A stretch of 64,000 bases of DNA. Source: a virus (taxonomy: Duplodnaviria; Heunggongvirae; Uroviricota; Caudoviricetes). Shown here piece after piece: positions 10,046 to 20,188 of the stretch; position 1 is the stretch's first letter, and every line of letters starts with the position of its first letter. The notes beneath the pieces are model-generated. The model was not told where the DNA came from. It saw only the letters and a program-made list of their open reading frames with translations, and did not search any database. Made by a program: the position numbers and the translations under genes. Location of the stretch: IMG/VR virus record IMGVR_UViG_2875697941_000001. The stretch is one strand, 5' to 3'.

Positions 10046-10861
10046 TTAGCCAAGGCGCTTACGGCGCAGTTTCATTGACTTTTTGCGGGCAAGTTTTGCC
10101 GCGCCGGTCTGGGCTTTTCGACGCGCTTTTTTCAGCGCCGATTTTTGAGCCGCAGTCAGACGTTTTTTACGCAGGCGTTTACGGATGAGTTTGATCTCAC
10201 CGTTACGAACAACCTTCTTAAATGCTTCAGTCAGCATTTCATCAGAAGTGCCAGCAACAACAAACGCCGCTTCCAGTTCGTCGCGGTCGTCGCTATCTAA
10301 ACCAGCGATAGAGGCACCAACATCAGCAGCTGCGTCGTCGTCTTCATCGTCAGCCAGTGCTTCGATCAGGTCATCATCTACACCGCATGCTGCGAGGAAG
10401 TCAGCAACATTTGCCCATGCTTCGTTATAGGCATCGTCCTGTTCTTCTGTAACTTCGGAGTCGTCGTCATCAGAGATACCAGCGATAGCCTGAACGAAAC
10501 CATCAAGGGAGTCGAAAGTCAGATCACCGCTATCAGCCCAGGAGAAAACGGCGTCGGCCGCATCACTCAACGCATTCTGCATAGCACTTCGATTTGCAGC
10601 TTCCAGAATCATCTGGTGCGCCTGTTCGACGGTCCATTCTTTACCGTCTTTCCCTTCCAGGATTTGCTCTGGAGCCGGGGCAGATGGAACGTTATCGTTA
10701 GTCTGTGCCGCCGGTTCCGGATTATTATTAATAACCGGATCTGTTGGCGGTTCGGCGCTTGCTCGGGCAGACTCCATCAGCTGCACAGGATCAGAGTTCA
10801 AAGCGAAACGGGACAGTCCATTCCCCAAAAATGCCCCGGATTGAAAAAAGTTTTTGCTCAT
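10046..10861 (-). CDS. acidic virion-associated protein with basic C-terminal tail
   Basis: 271 aa, strongly acidic body (DDDDSEVTEEQDD...) and Lys/Arg-rich C-terminus. Confidence 0.4.
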   Translation of the reverse strand: MSKNFFQSGAFLGNGLSRFALNSDPVQLMESARASAEPPTDPVINNNPEPAAQTNDNVPSAPAPEQILEGKDGKEWTVEQAHQMILEAANRSAMQNALSDAADAVFSWADSGDLTFDSLDGFVQAIAGISDDDDSEVTEEQDDAYNEAWANVADFLAACGVDDDLIEALADDEDDDAAADVGASIAGLDSDDRDELEAAFVVAGTSDEMLTEAFKKVVRNGEIKLIRKRLRKKRLTAAQKSALKKARRKAQTGAAKLARKKSMKLRRKRLG

Positions 10862-10870
10862 TGTATTCCC

Positions 10871-12460
10871 TTACTTAATAAGCAGCGGTACGCCCTGGAT
10901 ACGACGGGCTACGCCAGTCGGGCAGCAGGCCCAGACTACTTCCCATTTATCGAATTCCGCCTGCGTAACTTTCAGCACATACGGTTCTGTACCGTCAGCA
11001 TCGGGATCACGAGGAGCCACCAGAGCGCCGGAGGCGACAAAGCGATCTAAAAGTTTGGTCATCCCTTTAGTCAGGCCAGCCGCAGTAATACCGTCCGGGC
11101 TATGCTTCATCTGTCGGGCTAACTGGACAAAGAAACGGCTGATTGCATTCATCAGGGATGGGACGTGCTGGAAGTGCAGATAGTTATCCTGCGTGCAGCA
11201 AGTTAAAGCATCGTCGATGATCATCTGGCCAGAGGTGCCAACAGATACTTTATTGAGACGGCCCTTGACCATTGCTTCTTCGTCCGGGGTATCTTCCGGA
11301 TACAGCGGTTGAATTGACGCACGAGCAATGACGGCACGTTCTTCACCAGCCGGTGAGTAATGCCAACCGCCGACATCAGAGTTTTTCTTGACGCCACGAG
11401 CTTTCGCCGCATACGCCGCGCCAGACAGACCGAAGACCACACGGGATTGGGTCCATTTGTCTTTGCAGGAGAACGGGTAGTGATAGACAGAACAGCTTAC
11501 ATAATCGGTACCAAGTAAACCGGTACCCTCAACAGCTGTTAGTGCTTCTGCGTACCTTAATGTCGGTTTGACATCAAAGAAGCCATCAATCAGGCGATCT
11601 GCACAGATTTTACCTAATGCGGTGATAGCCGCATTGTCATAGCAGCCCAGGCCAAGAACAGCGGTGTACATGTACGGCGCATTGTTCAGCACTTTCACCG
11701 CACGCAGGTACGCAGCGGTTGAGATTTTCGACTGATCACCGTTGGTACCACCAGTGAACGCCAACGATTTTTTGTTTGTTACTTTCGCTGTAGAAATCAG
11801 ATCTTCATTAACAACCGCGCGCAGATATTTAGAACGAGCTTCCAGAGCCGTAGGCAGATAACACAAGCGGCCCATGTCATCTTTCGCTTCTTCCGCCAAA
11901 GACACAGTGTGTGTCTCCAGGGTCGTTACCACACCAAGCGAAGTCGTCTGGGTCAGTTTTAAGATGAAGCGTTCATTACTTGCGCTGTCCGCTGTTGCCG
12001 TTTCGATGGTTAACTCACGGGTAGGTGAAATACACGGATCACCATCATCAACGTAGATAGCAAAGGCTTCGCCACTATCAAGTTCAATTTCAGAACCGTA
12101 TGGCAACGCACTGTAAGCCGGTTCGCCTGATTCATCGAACATAATAATCGGGAACTTCGCATCATCCGGAACAGCGCGAACAACGTAACCAGACGTTTGC
12201 TGAATAGCTTCGTATACATGGCGAATTGGTTCGAACTGTGAGCCGGAAGACGGCTTCAGCGGTTCGCCGAGAACATCTTCGTAATTGGACTCAGTAACCG
12301 CAAGAACAGTAAACGGCTTGCCACGCGCAAATACGCCAATACCAGCCCACAAGCTGCTATTTAATGCAACACCGGTAGATAACGTCGCATCGGCATTGAT
12401 CGGGCTAACCGCGACGCCGGATGCATTACCTAATGACTGTTGAATTGAATATTGAGACAT
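10871..12460 (-). CDS. putative contractile tail sheath protein (P1 gp22 position)
   Basis: 529 aa (~58 kDa); position upstream of parB matches recalled P1 order 21-22-23-parB. Confidence 0.4.
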   Translation of the reverse strand: MSQYSIQQSLGNASGVAVSPINADATLSTGVALNSSLWAGIGVFARGKPFTVLAVTESNYEDVLGEPLKPSSGSQFEPIRHVYEAIQQTSGYVVRAVPDDAKFPIIMFDESGEPAYSALPYGSEIELDSGEAFAIYVDDGDPCISPTRELTIETATADSASNERFILKLTQTTSLGVVTTLETHTVSLAEEAKDDMGRLCYLPTALEARSKYLRAVVNEDLISTAKVTNKKSLAFTGGTNGDQSKISTAAYLRAVKVLNNAPYMYTAVLGLGCYDNAAITALGKICADRLIDGFFDVKPTLRYAEALTAVEGTGLLGTDYVSCSVYHYPFSCKDKWTQSRVVFGLSGAAYAAKARGVKKNSDVGGWHYSPAGEERAVIARASIQPLYPEDTPDEEAMVKGRLNKVSVGTSGQMIIDDALTCCTQDNYLHFQHVPSLMNAISRFFVQLARQMKHSPDGITAAGLTKGMTKLLDRFVASGALVAPRDPDADGTEPYVLKVTQAEFDKWEVVWACCPTGVARRIQGVPLLIK

Positions 12461-12520
12461 AACTTTCCCTGTTATGCGCCCCGCACGGGGGCGCTATGTT
12501 AAACGGAGAACTTCCCCTGA

Positions 12521-14225
12521 TTACTCAGAGTCACCGGCATCAATCGTGTCGCCGCTAATGAAGTTAAGCCCGCCTTTTTTGGCCATTGTCAGCGTTACAC
12601 GAGTGAAGTAATCAGCGCCGTTGCGTGGGTGCATATCGTTGATAGCCGAACCCCACAGCGTGGTACGGTTGACCAGCGCCGGAGTGGTCGGATGCTGGAA
12701 CGGGATGGCCGGGACAGCATCACCAGTCACGAAGCCTGCTTTACCCGGATTTTCATCACGGACGTAGCACAGCACATCCATCGAGCTGAACTGAATGTTC
12801 TCTGTCGTTAAGTTCTTACAAATACCAGCAGGTACTTCGTACACTTTCACGTTACCGAACAGGGTACCGATGTAGTGAACATACGGAGTCTGGATATAGT
12901 CTTCGGCTGGCTGGAAGAAATCCTTCGGCAACTGTTTGAAGAAAGATGCTGCATCAGCACCAGCAAACATCCCCATCGCACCAGAAGATTTAACGCGCTC
13001 AATAATGTCGCGATATACAGTCTGGAATTTGCCACGAATGATGGTTGCCCATACATCAAAGGACTGGTTAACCGGCAGAGCGATGTCAAAGGTGTCGGTC
13101 GCAAGAGTGCGCCAGATCATGATGCGAAGACGCAGCATATCCTGTTCATGAGACAGGTATTCCTTCAGGGTGCGGAACTGTAGGGAACCCAGGTCCAGAC
13201 CAAATTCACGCTGTGCTTCATACGCCGCCTGTACCGTGTGCTCAGCCGCGATAACGAACTGACTTGGGAACAGGGTGTATTTCTTCATTTCGTGGTTGAT
13301 CAGCGGGATCAGCTCAGGAGCGGCTTCAATATTGATTTCCGTCTCAATTGCGATCTCAGTGCCTTTATCCGGCGCTTTGGAGAACGACAGGGCAATCTGA
13401 CCAATGTTGTAGTTCAGAGAGCAGGTAACAGTGATTTGCTCACCAGCAGCATTAGTAAACGAGTGAAGTAGGCTGCCGGAACCGTTATCAACAACAGACT
13501 TAATACGGTTAACGTAGATGTTAGTGCGACCTTTTCGGATTGGTACATTCTGGCCTTCGAAGTCTTCCATCTTGAAGGTTGCGGTTTTGCTGGTGCCATC
13601 GGAGCTTGCCACCAGCACATAGCGGCGACGTAACTGGCTGTACACACCGACGGATTGCATGTCCAGAACATCACCAGCAGCATAAGAACCAAAAGATGAA
13701 CCTGCCACGTTAAAGACTTCATAGATGTCGGACTGGTCACGCGTAACCGGAATGAAGGTACACGCATCAGCGGTAGCTGCCCCCAACTGAACAGGCAGGA
13801 TCATCGCGAGGAATAAAGGCAGACGCATAACACCGTCAGAAACGCTCATCATCTCTGCTGCGACAGATTCCAGCATCGCTTTATTAGTGGCATCCATGCT
13901 ATTGCGGGTGGACTCAATCAGGCAGTTTTCCAGCGTCTGGTGGCAGGAGGCCAGAATTTCCGGACGCGGCATAGATTTATGTGCTGCGGCGTAGTCAGCC
14001 AGTGCACTTGCCCACGCTGTAGCGATTTGAGCGGTGGCATTATCAGAGATACCCACAAAAACCGGGTCTTTACGTGCAGCTTCAAGGATAGATGCGGCAC
14101 GCGCGGCATCATCTTTAATGAATTGGTTATCAGTACCGAACTGCGCAGTGCTTGCCCAGCCAAGCACAGCTTTAGAGCGTTTTGCGATATCTGCAATACG
14201 ATTCTGGTATTCGCGTAAGTTACTC
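12521..14225 (-). CDS. putative major head protein (P1 gp23 position)
   Basis: ~568 aa from TTG start with AGGAAG RBS; position adjacent to parS/parB. Confidence 0.4.
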
Positions 14226-14354
14226 AATTTACTCTTCCTTAAACACAAGGCACTTGTGTGAATCCCTTTTCGGAAGAGATTTTATTGAAAGTCACTTGTT
14301 GACTTTCTCGTGACAAGCAATTTTTTTATTTTTTTCGGGAGTAGGGGAGGAAGG

Positions 14355-14445
14355 TAAAATCCAAGGTGAAATCGTGGCGATTTCACCTTGAAATTTTAGA
14401 TAGATTTACTTTAAAAACAGTAGGTTAATAGTGAAATTTGAATGG
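14355..14445. promoter_or_regulatory. parS: parS partition site
   Basis: Clustered ParB boxes GTGAAAT/ATTTCAC (heptamer) and TGGCGA (hexamer) immediately downstream of parB. Confidence 0.55.
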
Positions 14446-14452
14446 CGAAAGT

Positions 14453-15454
14453 TTAAGGCTTCGGCTTTTTATCGAGGCTCTTTCTAAGGATATGCCCAAT
14501 CATCCTGTCGAGTTCTTCCTGTAACTCTTTTGAGAGTCGATTAAACTCATAAGAAAATGCACGGCCTTTCACGCGCTTCCTTGCAAAGCGATCCTTGTCC
14601 TCAAATTTCCATAATTCAGTAACTACGGACTTATCTTTAGAACCTTTATCCGTGAGTAGTGAGGCTTCCTTTGTTATCAAGCGCAGGATTTTATTTTTAA
14701 CTTCATCTTCGGCCATTTCTTCAATGGATAAGATGTCGTTTATTTCCGGGGATATGTTTTGAATAAGCTGATCAAACTCTAAATTCTTGTTCCCCATTTC
14801 GTCGCCAACAGCACAAAGCGTTTTGTAGTCCGAAAAGGTTAATTCCGACTGCACAGGGAAAAGGGCGACTAATTCTTCCGGAGCACTCGCTGCCTGGAGA
14901 GCACGCGTGACCTTCGCCTGAGACAGCCCTTCTTTGGCTGCAATATCCTTCTGACTCATCCCATCATTTTTCATTCGCATCAAACGCAGACCTATTTCTC
15001 GAATGCTGTGCTGCAATGCTGTCTGAACGTCTTTCGCTAAATTTTGCGCTTCCTGAACGCTGATCTCCTGGTCCGTGACTAAAACCCGCAACCCTACGTT
15101 CTCTAAGATGGCAGAAGCTCGACGCCGGGAACCATCCAAAATTTCAATTTTCCCTGTAGCCCGTCTAACACCTATTGCAGGGTAAAATTGCTGATGCTTA
15201 ATAGTGCTTCGGATACTTTTTAATGATTTTGGCGTAAGAGATGCCTGGTCACGCCCGTTGTTATGCTGATCAACAAAGGTATCGCTTTCTACCTGGTTCG
15301 GAGGTATTACCTCTTCAATAAATGTGGCCTGGCGACCAGTTGATAACTTGAATACCTGCTCGACTCGATCGCCAGAGGCTGAAGAACTATCAAATCCGCT
15401 TAATATTGAAGGATTAAGGGTTCGCCCAATTGTTGGTCTGTTTTTCTTTGACAT
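14453..15454 (-). CDS. parB: plasmid partition protein ParB
   Basis: 333 aa; sequence and length match recalled P1 ParB (MSKKNRPTIGRTLNPSILSG...). Confidence 0.85.
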   Translation of the reverse strand: MSKKNRPTIGRTLNPSILSGFDSSSASGDRVEQVFKLSTGRQATFIEEVIPPNQVESDTFVDQHNNGRDQASLTPKSLKSIRSTIKHQQFYPAIGVRRATGKIEILDGSRRRASAILENVGLRVLVTDQEISVQEAQNLAKDVQTALQHSIREIGLRLMRMKNDGMSQKDIAAKEGLSQAKVTRALQAASAPEELVALFPVQSELTFSDYKTLCAVGDEMGNKNLEFDQLIQNISPEINDILSIEEMAEDEVKNKILRLITKEASLLTDKGSKDKSVVTELWKFEDKDRFARKRVKGRAFSYEFNRLSKELQEELDRMIGHILRKSLDKKPKP

Positions 15455-15470
15455 GGGGGTTTCTTACTCC

Positions 15471-16667
15471 TCAGTTAGATCTGATAAATTCAATACGGTC
15501 AAAAACTGCTTTAGCAAAATCTTCCGCGGCAATTCGCGCGTTCTTCAATGCATCAGCACTACCAACATACGTTGCCGGGTTAGCTGAAATAACAGTGTCA
15601 AAAGACTCGCCACAGCGTTCAAAACCGTCAAGGCGAGGGAGGACGACATCGAGCATATCCCCACCGAACACTTCTTTAGCCAGGCTATGGCAATACTTAT
15701 GGTCTGCCTTGTTACTCAATTTGGACATAAAACCAATGTTAGTCGCAAGCTGGCACTCGCAGCCTTCATCCGAAATGAGTTTCACCAACTCAGGAAGGCG
15801 GGCAACGTATTTAAGCGATGAGTGGAAATCAACCGTTGCAGGCGGCAGAGGTGTAAACAGTATATTGGCCGAGGCCAAAGCATTTTTCAGGAAGGCGTCA
15901 AGGTGAGGACCACTATCAACGAGGATAAAGTCATAATCGCTCTTCAGCTTATCAATCACATTTTCTTTCAGGACAGCATGGATGTTCTGACCCGGTAGAT
16001 GCTCATTGCACAGCTCTCTCCAATCGGATGCAATAAAGGCATCGTCAATCGACGCAGGCATAACGTCAACCCCAGGTACAACAGAAGGAACAATAAACTC
16101 CTCTAACAGCTCTTCACGGCTTACATTCTGCAACATAGCCTGTGCAGATGTTGCGTTTACGATACCAATAGAGTGTTTATGGCTTAAAAACATCGTTGCT
16201 GAAGATTGCGGATCAAGGTCAATAACCAGAATCCTTAAATCCTCCATAAGAAGATGAGGGTGAGCACGCATTGCATGCGCCAGAGAAACCGTCGATACAG
16301 TTTTTGACACACCGCCTTTAAGATTGGAGATGAAAATCACATACGCTTCGCTGTAGCGATCCCGGTATTTTGGCACTCCGCGATGTTCATATATGTCAAT
16401 GATGTTCTGAATTGACATCGCATATTTCATTGAAGAGCCAGCAGGGCGTTTATCGAAAACATAACCCTTTTCTTCCATTTCACTTACGGCATAGTCAACG
16501 TTCGCTCGAGTCAGTAGAGGCAATTTTGCCAGTGCCGCTTTCGCATAGACCTGGTAAAACTCGTTCGCGTGTAGCTCATCCTTTTGCAACTGTACTTGTT
16601 CAGTCAGAACATTGAGCATTCTGTTTGCTCTTTGAGCAACCTTGTGAAGCTGGCTGGAATCACTCAT
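15471..16667 (-). CDS. parA: plasmid partition ATPase ParA
   Basis: 398 aa; Walker A KGGVSKT; N-terminus MSDSSQLHKVAQRANRMLN matches recalled P1 ParA. Confidence 0.9.
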   Translation of the reverse strand: MSDSSQLHKVAQRANRMLNVLTEQVQLQKDELHANEFYQVYAKAALAKLPLLTRANVDYAVSEMEEKGYVFDKRPAGSSMKYAMSIQNIIDIYEHRGVPKYRDRYSEAYVIFISNLKGGVSKTVSTVSLAHAMRAHPHLLMEDLRILVIDLDPQSSATMFLSHKHSIGIVNATSAQAMLQNVSREELLEEFIVPSVVPGVDVMPASIDDAFIASDWRELCNEHLPGQNIHAVLKENVIDKLKSDYDFILVDSGPHLDAFLKNALASANILFTPLPPATVDFHSSLKYVARLPELVKLISDEGCECQLATNIGFMSKLSNKADHKYCHSLAKEVFGGDMLDVVLPRLDGFERCGESFDTVISANPATYVGSADALKNARIAAEDFAKAVFDRIEFIRSN

Positions 16668-16805
16668 CGAAAGTCATCCTTTATGCTGTATTTTTGAATT
16701 TACTTAAAAATGCTGCATAAAATAATAATGTATGCACAGATGCTTGTACATAGCATTCTCTGCATGTTTGGTTCATTTTGCACGATTGAGAGTTACAAGG
16801 AGGAC

Positions 16806-16830
16806 ACAAAAAAGCCCCGTTCAGGGGCAT
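16806..16830 (-). terminator. rho-independent terminator
   Basis: Minus-strand hairpin GCCCCTGAACGGGGC followed by TTTTTT, immediately 3' of the 16836..17645 gene. Confidence 0.6.
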
Positions 16831-16835
16831 CAGTG

Positions 16836-17645
16836 TTATTTGCTAAGAGCAGCGAATAATCGTTCGAAATCGATAGTATCTATAGCACGCGTAAGCGCCG
16901 GAAGTTCAGCCTCAAAGTACCCGTGTCGATCGTAAAAGAAGGGACCGAAGAGCGAGGCATGTTGGATTCTACTTCGCCCCAGCCCGGACACACAGTTAAG
17001 CCCATTACCGGCTAAAAGGCTAAAAAACTTCTCTGGATTATCGTGGTAAAGCTGGGAATCAATGGTGGCGGTTAACTCTTCCATAGGGAAGCACACCCGC
17101 CTTGTCTCCCAGGGATATTTAGTCCGAAGCATAAACATTGCTTTCAGCAATTCACATTGAGCGCGGATCGCGTCCGGTTCATAGCCAGATATGGAGACAT
17201 AAGCCATGTCCCTCATTCCTGCGTCATCTTTGAAAGTCACGATAGAAGTAACATCCAGCTCTTTTTCGAAAGAGCGAGCAGCATCTACTGGACGCTGAAG
17301 TAAATCATTCGACTTAATGCGCTCGAGAATCCCTCCCCACATATCATTTAGATATTCGATATGAGCCAAAACCTTATCAAGACACTCTCGTGTAAACCAT
17401 TCAGTATGCCCGCCACCGGCGCTTTTCTCCCACGGCGCATTCCAGGGGAAAAAGGTTGCGTGTAAAGCCCGCTCAAGATTAACTATTGCCAATCGCGTAC
17501 CACGATAGACCCGTGAAAGCGCAAAATCGGGACTCACTTGTAGCCCTTTAAACCGTGCCAATGGACCACATGAAATGCCGATTTTAAAAGTATCTCCATT
17601 CTCCGGCACCAGAACGTAGAGGTAGTGTTGTTTCTCTTCTTGCAT
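16836..17645 (-). CDS. T5orf172/GIY-YIG-like domain protein
   Basis: 269 aa; N-terminus HYLYVLVPENGDTFKIGIS with downstream conserved R and E resembles GIY-YIG/T5orf172; inserted between incA iterons and parA promoter. Confidence 0.45.
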   Translation of the reverse strand: MQEEKQHYLYVLVPENGDTFKIGISCGPLARFKGLQVSPDFALSRVYRGTRLAIVNLERALHATFFPWNAPWEKSAGGGHTEWFTRECLDKVLAHIEYLNDMWGGILERIKSNDLLQRPVDAARSFEKELDVTSIVTFKDDAGMRDMAYVSISGYEPDAIRAQCELLKAMFMLRTKYPWETRRVCFPMEELTATIDSQLYHDNPEKFFSLLAGNGLNCVSGLGRSRIQHASLFGPFFYDRHGYFEAELPALTRAIDTIDFERLFAALSK

Positions 17646-17659
17646 ATCAATACCACTGC

Positions 17660-17950
17660 TTGATGAGAACCGCGCAAATGTTGACTATGCGCGAAAGTTA
17701 ATGTGAATAGTTGACTATGCGCGATGTGACTACAGTCAAAAGTTGACTGTAGTCGATTTAACTCCACCAAAGATCGACTATGTAAGATATTGTCGGGAGA
17801 AACGTTGACTATACGCGATGAAATGACCCTAAAAGCCATCTCAATAGCGACTTGCAGAATATTGACGCCAGCAAAAATCCACCAGCGTCAACGAATGTCG
17901 CCTATAGTCAACTTCTCGCTATCGCATATAGTCAATATTATGGATTGCGC
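17660..17950. repeat. iteron array downstream of repA (incA-like)
   Basis: About 9 copies of a TTGACTATGCGCGA-like unit in both orientations. Confidence 0.6.
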
Positions 17951-18822
17951 TTATGGATCTGGAAGCCGATTTTCCTGCCGTTTTTTATCTCTGAAAATTT
18001 AAGATATTCAATAGCTTCCAAATCTTTCATGGCTTTTCTGATAACGCTATTTTGCACGCTAACGGATGATTTGAGATTAAGCCTTGCTCTAAGGCGCTCA
18101 ATGCTGACAGGTGCCGGGTTGGCGGGTAGAGCCTCAAAGAATGTATACAGTACCTTGGCCGTCTCTTTGCGCCCGAGCTTATCCAGCATCTTCAGCTTCA
18201 GGATTCGCTTATAGTCAACATAGTAAAGTTCAGATAGCTGTTTCTGCGGCTGGATCTCGATAACATCAAGCTCGGTATTCAGGCTGCTATATGCCAACAA
18301 GTTGACGTTAATGTTATTGAGATGACCTTTTGCTGCCGGGAAGCGGAATTTGACAACTGTCTGCTGAATGCGTGTCAGAGAGTCATCAATACTTTTACGG
18401 AACGCCTTTGAAAGGCGCTTACGTGGATAGCCGCATCGATCGGCAAACTCGGAGAATGGCAGGGTGATTATGCCGTCATCATCAGGTGCGTAGTCAAACA
18501 ACGCGGAGGTTATGCCCACCCACACCTTAAAATCAGTATCCATATCCAGGCGTGGACCATGAATTTCAATTCCCTCATAGCCTTCCTGCTCAACAATTTT
18601 GAGGCTTGATAGTTCTTCGGTTGCGTTCGTTGTGTTTGTAGTAACTGACGATCCGCGACGTAGTGCCACATTGGTAGATTTTAAGGTTGGCACAAACACA
18701 CCTAAGCGCAACAAAGCGATGGGTTGTATAGTGCTATTGTTATTGGGTTTCAGGCTGTGGATTTCTCCTGTATTTCCTGCAACTTCTTCAACGCTAAGGA
18801 AGCCTTTATTTTCTTCCGGCAT
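17938..18822 (-). CDS. repA: iteron-binding replication initiator RepA
   Basis: ~294 aa from MPEENKG; flanked on both sides by iteron arrays; P1 incC-repA-incA architecture. Confidence 0.7.
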   Translation of the reverse strand: MPEENKGFLSVEEVAGNTGEIHSLKPNNNSTIQPIALLRLGVFVPTLKSTNVALRRGSSVTTNTTNATEELSSLKIVEQEGYEGIEIHGPRLDMDTDFKVWVGITSALFDYAPDDDGIITLPFSEFADRCGYPRKRLSKAFRKSIDDSLTRIQQTVVKFRFPAAKGHLNNINVNLLAYSSLNTELDVIEIQPQKQLSELYYVDYKRILKLKMLDKLGRKETAKVLYTFFEALPANPAPVSIERLRARLNLKSSVSVQNSVIRKAMKDLEAIEYLKFSEIKNGRKIGFQIHKRNP

Positions 18823-18884
18823 CGTGGTTTCTCCATATGTGGCGCGGCCTGGCGTCATCTGGATTGCAGTTATCAACAACTGTG

Positions 18885-19000
18885 AATAGTCAGGCTCTAA
18901 AATCGCGTACAGTCAATGTTTCTGTCGCGTATAGTCAACAATAAATCGCGTGCAGTCAACAATAAATCGTGCACAGTCAACATAAAATCGCGTATAGTCA
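18885..19000. repeat. five direct iterons upstream of repA (incC-like, origin)
   Basis: Five ~20 bp direct repeats AAATCGCGTATAGTCAAC. Confidence 0.65.
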
Positions 19001-19115
19001 ATGTTGATCCCATTTCAGGCCAGAAATGGCGCGGCTTACAGCGATCCGGGATCTTCTTTGGATCTTCCTAGGTTCTCTTTGGGATCTGTTTATTGGATCT
19101 ATGCTGTGGATAAGT
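19001..19115. promoter_or_regulatory. oriR-like region: GATC cluster and DnaA box
   Basis: Six GATC sites within ~100 bp and a perfect DnaA box TGTGGATAA at 19106-19114, next to the iterons. Confidence 0.5.
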
Positions 19116-19156
19116 TGAATAAACCGGCCAACAAAGCCGGTTGGAAGGAAGCCATA

Positions 19157-19549
19157 TTATTCTACGCTTTCGATGAGAAGACCATGTTCATAGCATTTAA
19201 GCTCATCGCCCTCGTACAGGAATTGGTATCCAATACCACCATCTTCATGGACATTAGGGAATAACTCATCACTTACCGAAGAACAAATCACACCAATGCA
19301 GCGATCAACGCCTTCTCGTTCTTCAGTGCTGAAAAAATCCTCTTCGGTAAGAACATGAGTACATTGCTCATCAGCATAGGTCGGAAATACATGCTCAATG
19401 CAATCCGGGTGTTTTAAACCAAGCTGATCGGCAAGCTCGAAAGCACGACGGTATTGTTCAGATCCTGGCTTGCCAACAGTGATTTGCTCAATTTTGTAGA
19501 TTGAAGTCGCTTTGTTGATAGTTTGCTTTACTGTTACTTTATCAGACAT
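19157..19549 (-). CDS. hypothetical protein (P1 upfA position)
   Basis: 130-aa ORF; context only. Confidence 0.35.
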   Translation of the reverse strand: MSDKVTVKQTINKATSIYKIEQITVGKPGSEQYRRAFELADQLGLKHPDCIEHVFPTYADEQCTHVLTEEDFFSTEEREGVDRCIGVICSSVSDELFPNVHEDGGIGYQFLYEGDELKCYEHGLLIESVE

Positions 19550-19560
19550 AAAAATCCCTT

Positions 19561-19812
19561 TTAGTTACCGCTAATAGCTCGGTTGTAATCATTAACGTTG
19601 CGATTCTTCCTGTTAATCCCCATCAGCATCGTTTCTGTATCGAGGATATACGCTGGCAGATCATCAAAATATTCACTGCTAAACTCTGGCATCCTACACA
19701 TAAATGCACTTTTGGGGGCAGGGTGGTTAACCTTTGTCGGCGTCGGCGTTAAATTCGCTGATCGACTCCCGGAGCAACCGCTGAGTGTCAGCAGGAATAC
19801 GCTGGCGAACAT
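19561..19812 (-). CDS. small lipoprotein, o-spanin-like
   Basis: Start at internal Met; lipobox LLTLSGCSG followed by Pro/Thr-rich TPTPTKVNHPAP; overlaps 3' end of upstream gene in another frame. Confidence 0.4.
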   Translation of the reverse strand: MFASVFLLTLSGCSGSRSANLTPTPTKVNHPAPKSAFMCRMPEFSSEYFDDLPAYILDTETMLMGINRKNRNVNDYNRAISGN

Positions 19813-20149
19813 TACCCGCCGCAACCAGTTGTTTCTGAACTTCAGCTTTTCGTTCCATTTGCCTGTCAGCATACTTGGCTTGTTCTGATTCATTTTTCAC
19901 TTCCTGGCTGTGAAAATGTTGCTCTGCTTTGTTCATCGTCTCAATGGTCTGGTTAAGATCCATTATTGACTTATCACGTTCCTTAACAGCCTGATCAAGA
20001 CTGCCAATTTTCTCTATGGCTTGCTTTAGCTGATGACGTTCCCATGCAAACCCAGCACCAACAAGTGCGCAAATCAGAACAAGAACACCAGTAGCAGCAA
20101 GTTTCTCCTTCAAAGACAAAGCTGTTTTTAACGTAGAAAAGAATGACAT
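19727..20149 (-). CDS. membrane-anchored coiled-coil periplasmic protein, i-spanin-like
   Basis: N-terminal TM helix (ATGVLVLICALVGAGFAW) then charged coiled-coil; overlaps lipoprotein gene like Rz/Rz1. Confidence 0.4.
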   Translation of the reverse strand: MSFFSTLKTALSLKEKLAATGVLVLICALVGAGFAWERHQLKQAIEKIGSLDQAVKERDKSIMDLNQTIETMNKAEQHFHSQEVKNESEQAKYADRQMERKAEVQKQLVAAGNVRQRIPADTQRLLRESISEFNADADKG

Positions 20150-20188
20150 GTCTTCCTCCTGAAGAAAAATTATCAATGAAGTCCTTTG

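Noticed and set aside
17660-19000. Regularly spaced direct repeats around repA, considered as a possible CRISPR array
   Set aside because: Repeats are ~19-20 bp iterons with no unique spacers of uniform length, flank a Rep initiator and adjoin a DnaA box and GATC cluster; this is a plasmid origin
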